From NCBI GenBank assembly GCA_964304625.1, contig OZ199839.1, positions 9,376,528 to 9,440,527 on the forward strand: a DNA stretch of 64,000 nt, given 5' to 3'. The position numbers were made by a program, and so were the translations under genes. Position 1 is the first letter of the stretch. Each line of letters begins with the position of its first letter. The stretch is from Kudoa neothunni (lineage: Eukaryota > Animalia > Cnidaria). Below are positions 56,231 to 64,000 of the stretch, one piece after another. The notes under the pieces are model-generated. The model saw nothing but the letters and a program-made list of their open reading frames with translations, made no database searches and was not told where the DNA came from.

Positions 56231-57406
56231 TTAGGGGTATATGATATTCAGTGGAGTGTAATACAGCAACACTTCCAGCGTGTTCTGTACACCTTTTTTA
56301 ATTTCTTTGTTGTTCAACAATTCTGTTATAGACATATTCTGTGAAAATTGTTCCATTAAATTTACCAATGGCCACATATAATTTTCTACAAAAGCGTCTC
56401 CGCAATATTCCTCAAACTGGTGACATCTTATTAGCTGTCTAATATTGGAGTTGAATGAGTTGTCGCTATCGTTACACAGTATTCCAGGACCCAGAATAAA
56501 TAATTTTTGAGGGCATTGTTTAGCTGTGCAAAACTTGACTACATTTTTAACGGCATTATAAATTTCATCAGGTGAATATCCTTCATCCAATCTATGGTTT
56601 AAATAGAGTATCCCCTCTCTGGATAATCCAATCAACATATAATAGCGATGGTTCTCTAATTTAAAGTTCCTGGTTCTAGTGTCTTTGATTCTTTTGGGGT
56701 GATTGGAGATTTTGGTTCTTGTAGCGATATCCACAATAACCAACCCAAACACAATCACATTTCGATGATAGCGTAGTTCATAATTATTATGTCTTAATAC
56801 ATCTTCCGGGTAGCTGTATAAGAATCGACGTTAAGAAAGTAAAATATCGAATTTATTATTACTCGTTATAATTGATTTGAAATGCGTATGGGTCTGATTC
56901 AGGATCACCATTACCAATAGAAAATGATACATTGTAATAAAAGTTTTCTAAAAACTCTTCTATTTTCTTCTGTTTTATGCTTATATTAAAATTATATCTA
57001 ATAAAGGTTTGCAATTCTCGCATATTATATCCAACATTATTTTGGATGAACAAGGCTAGTAAATGTTTAATTTGGTGATCGTAAAGTAAGACTTCATGGA
57101 GAGCGTGTTTAGAATGGATAGTATTATAACCGTCGTAGTTATTTTCCACTAGCGCGTAATACAAATTCTCCAATATATCATTCTTGTTGACAGTATTTTC
57201 ATCGGTTTCTGTAACTGTGATGATAGTTTCTATAGTCCCAACTGGCAGTTGGACTACCATGGAAATATCTTCATTGCTTACTTTTTTCTAAAACAATTAG
57301 CAAAAACTAATTTCAAAATGTTTATAATTCACAAAATCATTACACTGTACAGTTCAGCAACCTTGTCAATCATAGTTACATCAACTCGATGGTAAGTAAC
57401 GCTCAT
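56231..57406 (-). CDS. Intron-containing Tc1/IS630-transposase-derived protein, about 356 aa, probably catalytically inactive
   Basis: Exons 57406-57344, 57287-56863 and 56813-56231 join in frame (introns of 56 and 49 nt). Two HTH-like segments are followed by an RNase-H/DDE-like pattern (VIVFG, YMLIGLSREGIL, LFILGPG, AFVENYMW). No TIRs seen. Confidence 0.7.
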
Positions 57407-57474
57407 ACTCTTAATTTTACAGTGTACTCCTGCAAGCAATATCCAGATAGTTTACTAGCTAACGAAAATCTCGG

Positions 57475-57483
57475 CCTTATATA
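57475..57483 (-). promoter_or_regulatory. Candidate TATA box of the transposase-derived gene
   Basis: TATATAAGG about 70 nt upstream of the ATG at 57406. Weak evidence in AT-rich DNA. Confidence 0.35.
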
Positions 57484-57850
57484 TTTGATTTAATGATAAT
57501 TAACACCTCAGATAATTCTTTGTTAGTTTGTAAAACTAAGAGCACTAATTGATATTGATACATAACTTCACACATATTCGATGCGTTGTTTACATGTGTG
57601 GAAAATTTAATCAAATAATATAGTATGATAGTATGGGAAAGAATTTGAGAGTTTTAGAGTTTTAGTCCAAGCCTGATTTTCCTTAAATTATTGAACCGGG
57701 CAAATTCCTTTCTAATTTTTTGAAATTTTTGCCGAACTAATTTTTTAGTCAGAATAATTATAATCTTAAAACAAAATTAAAACATTCGTACAATAAAAAA
57801 TGTACAAACAAACACATTTTGATAATTGGTATTTAATGTTGCATGCTTAA

Positions 57851-60666
57851 CCCTTTCACCTCCAAATTTTTCGTATGTCGTCCGAAGATATTTAACGTAT
57901 AAATTGTTTATTATATTTATTTGAAAACTTAGATAGCTAACTATATTTAATCAGCGATTATCATCAAATCAGAGAAAAAATGGAAATTTAATAAAAGTAT
58001 TATTCTTATGAGGTGTATCCACATGAAACTTTCACATTTTCTTTAAAATGCATTGAATATTTTTTTGGTATCTAATTCGTAAACAACTGCTTAATATACT
58101 CAACATGCGTCCATCGATTAATTGTTTTGTGCATGCGCAACAATTTTTGTATCAACTTCTCATTTTCTTAATTATTCAATATCAAAAATTTTTCAAAGCT
58201 AAAGTTCCAATATTTTTTACGGCAGGTCGAGTTTTTGTGTATATATCCACCCCTGAAGTGAATATATTATATAATTAAAAATAGTGACAAATATGATTTA
58301 TAAGATAACACAGAGCAATAAACCCTGTATAACTTTTTTGAATTATTCTCCTAACTTTTTAAATGTATATGTGAATTTTTTTTGGTATGGTCAGAGCCCC
58401 GACTACACTGCGCATGCGGATTTGTTTTTTATAAATTATTTTGGGGTATTTGACTTGTTATAACTCATATTAACTATTTGATTATTTTTTATTTTAAAAT
58501 AATATTTTGCTCTTTTTGATGACAGATGTAAAAAAACAAGAATGTATTATAAATATAAAAACAGAGGTAGGGGGATAAATTCTTCTATAATGTTAATTTT
58601 TATATAAATGACCACATACCTAATTAAAACAAATATTGAAGATATTAAAACTTTGCTAGTAACGGAAGACTTATCAGTTCACTTAAAAGAAATATTTTTT
58701 TCAAGAATGGTGCGACCATAGCCACATTGTTAGGTCTTATGATATTGAATCGGCTATTATTAACGATATAATTAAAAATGTGGATTAACTATATATAATA
58801 TTCAGCTAGTAGGGTCGACCCAAATGTAAACTGAAATATTTTTATCAACTAAACGCATAGAATCCTAATAAATACCATTGTAAAAAGAAAATATCAAATG
58901 AATAACAGAAAACAATAATGAATTTTATTCTAAATTTTAGTTGGAATCATTATCTAAAAAGTACAATTAAACATGATAATAATTTCATATCATAATGTTA
59001 TTTTGCTGTAAAACTTGTGTTTATTATTACTTGTGGCCGAGCGATATTTTTAAATAATGGTAAATTGTATTATAACAGAAATTGTATCCTGAATATTTTT
59101 ATATTTAGCATAAAAATAAATTTAATAGTTTAAAATGGCACTATTGTATATTTTTGAAGATGTATTCTAATGTTATAATTCATTACAGTAAACTCTCGAT
59201 ATGCGCTAGTGGGAATTACGTAATTCGTTATATTTTAACATATTTTCTGATAATTTTATTTTTATAATGAAGAAGATAATAATAATAATAAACATGTTGT
59301 CAGAAACCCATTTTTAATTGTTTTGTCTTATATGAGGCTTGGAAAAATTAATGTTCTTGCTATTGCGTAATTAAAATTGTTTATTTAAATCCTTTTAGTT
59401 TAGAAAATACTTTACAATCAAAACCGACAATGACTCGTTCTCAAAGAAATATTGATGATCAACACAAAATAAACAAACATAAAAATGTAATGAATAGTCG
59501 CGGGCAGGGTTCTAACTCTCGGGTCATGTCTTAAAGGGGGTGGTGCTATATCGCTCTGCTGCTGATTGATTATATTTAGGATATTCAATTTTTCGACGCT
59601 TTTAAGCATAAGGGAGATTATACACAGATCTCCGCAAACATCTCTATGACGCAACAAAAACAAATTATCATTTTATATAATATAACAGAATTATATTTTA
59701 ATTTTACTATTTTAATATAATTATAATATCATCGAAATTTTTTCTCTCGAAAGAACATAACAAATATCCACAACAAATTTAATTTCGAATGAAGACAACA
59801 GTATGTTTAAAAAATATTGTTGGAAAAGTTGACATTGCTATAATCTTTTCTCAAATAATATAGGTAAATGCTTACCAATGGAAATTTTAAGACTAGAAAG
59901 TGAGTGTAATGAAAGACTATATTTTTTGGAAAAACTTCCAGATCTTGTGAGATTATCTATTATTTTAAATGGTAATCCATCTTACACGTCATCTGAAACA
60001 AGATAAATCTTTATTTTTTGATTTTTATGATCTCATAATAACGAAGGAAACTAGAAGAGATGTGCTTTAACGATTCTATCCTTCAAACATGCTTCAATAA
60101 TGCAAAATGTTTCTGCATATGGTTTGGTTTTTTAGGTAACTTTTACTTGCGACATTTGTAACCAAATTCATTTTATATAATTTTTAAATCATCTAAATCC
60201 TCAATAAAATGCTCCATATCACAACTTTTCTGCCCATTCTTATTAAGGCGCTCTTTTCGAAACACTCCGAAAAAAAAAGTCGAGCCATCATGATAAAATG
60301 GATTTAATTTCATGCCCTAATTATATGTATATTTTGGTGACGATCTTTATAATCATTCATTACAATTAATAGAAAAAATCCTTGGAAACCTACAAAAATT
60401 AACGAATATTAAAAAAAAATATTTGTATAGTAAAGCATGTGAGTTTCTGGATTGTGTAATTTCTACCTTTTACGTAATTTTCCTTCGTCCAAAAAATACG
60501 CTATATCAAATATTTGGTATGTTATTATTTTTGAAATTTTTGGAGCAGATAAAAATCGTTGACATTTAAAATTATTTAGGAGAATATATTCAAAATAGAA
60601 CATCATGAAGGTGCAATTTTTTCCCTTGTTTATTTAAAATTTAAACGCACATTTGGCACGGAAGGG
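57851..60666. mobile_element. Possible old piggyBac-type element with unrecognisable interior
   Basis: TTAA-CCCTTTCACCTCCAAAT at the left and ATTTGGCACGGAAGGG-CTAA at the right. A lone pogo-like end TA-CAGTAAACTCTCGAT lies near 59186. Confidence 0.45.
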
Positions 60667-60708
60667 CTAAATTAAGAAATTTAGTAATCTACCAATATTT
60701 CAATTTAA

Positions 60709-63197
60709 CCTTATGAGCATACCAAAACCGCCTATACATTAAGAGTTTTGGGGGTAGAATGTACCCCATGTTTTTATTCATTTATTCCGTGTAAAATATT
60801 TTATAAAGAAATTTTACAGTTTTTAAAAAAATTCTATCGTAAAGAAAAGATTATAATTGTAAAATACTGCGTTTCCGATGTACACCGGAAATTAACTATC
60901 AACAATTACGATTTATTTTAGTTATATTCTCTATTTTAGTTCGATTAAATCGATTTGTATAATAAAAAATTTTATATATAAATTATCATTAGAAAAAATT
61001 TAACAAAGATATACTTAAAATTCAGCTGATACAATTTTAATGAATTATGTTATTAGAATTTATTTCATTAGTTTCGGATTATTTCTAATATAAAACGTTC
61101 TTTAAGTTATAAATATAGTTACAACATGTTTCAAACTTTTTATATCTATCGTCTCAGATATAATAATCACAACGACACTTAATTTTGGTGACATTGGCTA
61201 TTCGGAGACAAATGTTGCATTATGATCTACTGCAATTTTACATTTATGATTAAAGAATGCATCAGTAAGAACAAAGTAATAAACAAAACAGATATATAGA
61301 TTAATTTTTAGGTTGATCTACACGGTTACAACAAATGATTTTTGAATGGTTATTGCAGCAACGTTTCGAGCACTTATAACAGCGTGTTTTTGTTTTTTTA
61401 TCAGATAACCTAGAACAAATGTTACATCTTTCTTCGATTCAGAGAGAATATTTTCATCGAATGGAATAGACTCCTCGCCGCCAACAAAAGGTTTGATTAA
61501 TAAATCTGTCAACTGTTCCGAATACTGATTTTTTGAGATACTGAGGTACTTGAAAATGACTTTGTATAAGTAATAGGAATTTACCAGGCTCATATCAATC
61601 ATGTTGTAAAAAATCACCATTGGCCACCTTTTGGTATATCATTTTACGCTCGTTATTGACAATATTCGATCGATCGTATCCACGCCTCCTTTGGTTTTAT
61701 TGTAGGCCAGAATAACTTTAGGTTTTTTTGTTTTATCATTTGTAATATTTGTGTTGTTGGAAGATGTAGCTAGTAAAATAATTTCCATATTCTTTTTGGT
61801 GTATATGATAATAACATATTTTTTCCATTGAATACAATAATAAAAATAGAGGAAAAAACCTCTCTTGATTTTCGGGGCTTTAAAATAGGCGGGATGTTTC
61901 TTTTATTATGTCTGAGTGTTCCTAACAATGTTAAATTTAGATCAAGAAGTTTCTTCCCTAACGAAAGAGATGTGAAAAGTTATCACATACGATGTTTCGA
62001 TCGGTTTCTTTTAAATAAGAATAAAAATATAAAACGACATTTTCTCCGACATTTTTTGCTCTTTGGGCATTTTTATTTCTACTGTGATAGACACATATAT
62101 TGTGGGTAAAATTGGTGATTGGGTTTATTAGAAGAAAAAACTTTGTGTCATACACAGCTGGTTTGGAAGGCATATACTGTTTAAATGAACATCTATCACG
62201 AAACGCAACTAGTTGTTCATCAACAGTTAGATCATCATGCGGAATTAAATACATGGGTAAAATATTTTTCCATTTTTCAAATACATCCCTTATGTAACAG
62301 AATTTGTCGTTTACCTTACACATTCCTCTAGTGGCATAGTCATCAAAATGGAGACTTCTGTTAATCTGTGTAAACCTTGCCAATGGCATAACATTTCGGA
62401 AAATCTCAAGCTCTTTATCAATACTCCATAATTGTTTGAGGGATTCCATTTTGTATTTGAATATTGACATGTGAATTAAAATGCCAAGATATAATTTAAA
62501 TTAAATAATATTTAATATCTTTCATTTTTCACAGTAATGAAAAGCTCCATATTTGTTAGTATTTGCAATGACGGTTTGATCAAACTCATCATTAGAGAAT
62601 AAAGTAAAACAATCAACAGTATTACAAATCCGTGAGTTTGCATATGCAGTTATGCCCAGCTTTTTCGTCATCATATTTTCATTTTTAGTTTTTGTAGTGG
62701 TTGGGATAGCGGATGTCCACAACACATTTATATCCACGTATAAATTGTTGTGATCAAAATCATCCAAATAATCATCTTCAAGTTTGCTGAAATCAGATTC
62801 ATCGGTAGTTGGAAATTGGCGGTCAATCTCTTCCATTTCAAAGCAAGGATGCAACCGGGTGAAATCACACACCTACGGAAACCAACAAACTCGAATTTTC
62901 TAATAGATTGCAACGATAGAAATTTTTATAAACTTGCAATTTTTCTTTACATAATTTTAGAATTTATTATAAGAAAAAAAAATTGGGGTTCATTCGACCC
63001 CATAAAATGCCAGGTGTATATAATTGATATAAAATCTCGATAAGAGAGAAATCTCAAATGATTAAAAAATATTTAAAAAACTTATTAAATTTTTGAGGAA
63101 TAATGATGGTAAAGTCGACTTTTTAGACAACGGATGATCCGCAAAACCACCTCGACTTATTGCTGAGGTCCAATGGACCCCTAAAATGCTCTAAAGG
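60709..63197 (-). mobile_element. Near full-length piggyBac element with frameshifted transposase (about 61310-62872)
   Basis: TIR CCTTATGAGCAT / ATGCTCTAAAGG. All three catalytic motifs are present (TVDEQL, VCDNF, KGGVDTID), plus a C-terminal Cys-rich domain. Split across several frames. Confidence 0.9.
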
Positions 63198-63261
63198 TTA
63201 TGGATCATTAAAATAATAATGTATGCATGATTAGTAAGGACTTTATTAACAGCCTATGGTA

Positions 63262-63858
63262 GAGGGGTTCTCAGCTGTTTTTTAAATTTACCACCTTAAC
63301 TTGGAAGCCAAATTCATATTTAATTTAAGATTTTATACTGGTTCAACAATGGCAGAGGTTATTTGATAGGTAAATTCTTGTTTTAAATAGCGCGTACGCT
63401 TTCATAATAACAATTTTTTCTCCCATCAACTCTTAACTCACATGCTGTCTACAAATTTTATTTTTTAGATGCTACTAAATTGAATTATATCTATATATCT
63501 ATCCCAATCCCTCACTCTGGGGTTAGACATAATTAAAAGCAGTCAAAACTAACGATAAACTTTAATATTATTTACCATGTAAGTAGTCATTTTATGTATT
63601 ACTATTATAAGCTACACTACTGAAAATAAACGAACCAATAAGGAAGAGGCCGATTATAGTTTTGTTAATAGTCGTTAAATATTTATTCCTGAAAACATTT
63701 TATGCATTTATGCCGACTCCTTATTGAGTTTAATGGCCATGAAAAATATAATTCCTTAGAAATCCTTATGTACGTCACAAACCCACAATCCAAAACTTTA
63801 ACTTTTCTAATTTTGATGTTACTTAATTTACTTCCGGTTGAGAGGTTGAGAACCCCTG
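63262..63858. mobile_element. hAT (Charlie-like) MITE
   Basis: TIR gAGGGGTTCTCAgC / GTTGAGAACCCCTG and a degenerate 8-bp TSD (ctatggta / ctttagta). Confidence 0.75.
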
Positions 63859-64000
63859 CTTTAGTAGATTTCGTACGAACAGTTAATTCGCGAACAATAG
63901 ATAGATAACAAAGAAACAGGGTTTGTGTGGTTAAACATTGTGCGTACTCAAAAAAGGAGAATTATTAATAGACAAGAAAATCCATTACGACAATGTGGTT

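Noticed and set aside
32060-63908. Short ORFs such as 32060, 32978, 36636, 38570, 40476, 41683, 51205, 61828, 62750 and 63702
   Set aside because: They are antisense shadows of real exons or transposases, or chance ORFs in AT-rich or TE DNA.
1-64000. CRISPR array, rRNA or telomeric repeats
   Set aside because: No regularly spaced direct repeats or rRNA-like sequence were seen. The only simple repeats are (TA)n and short TAA tracts.

Overview
This is very AT-rich eukaryotic DNA with tiny GT-AG introns (about 30-56 nt). The compact introns and low GC suggest a reduced parasite genome such as a myxozoan, but this is inference only. The many short ORFs are mostly exons. Joined at phase-1 introns, they give a cluster of seven highly diverged paralogues (A 1-2756 -, B 9610-14933 +, C 16432-21611 +, D 32658-35472 -, E 38563-41358 -, F 44091-46861 -, G 51337-54125 -). 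Each encodes a roughly 790-920 aa type I membrane protein: signal peptide, 7-8 cysteine-rich fibronectin-III-like modules, micro-exon stalk, one TM helix and a very short tail. The family looks like a variable surface antigen or receptor family I do not recognise. Next to the cluster is an intact, two-intron gene (56231-57406 -) that appears to be a domesticated Tc1/IS630 transposase with two catalytic aspartates lost. The spacers hold about 11 decayed piggyBac elements, nested or free hAT elements, a pogo/Tigger remnant, a tRNA-derived SINE, (TA)n microsatellites and one unassigned multi-pass membrane gene. All splice models were read by eye, and no database searches were possible.
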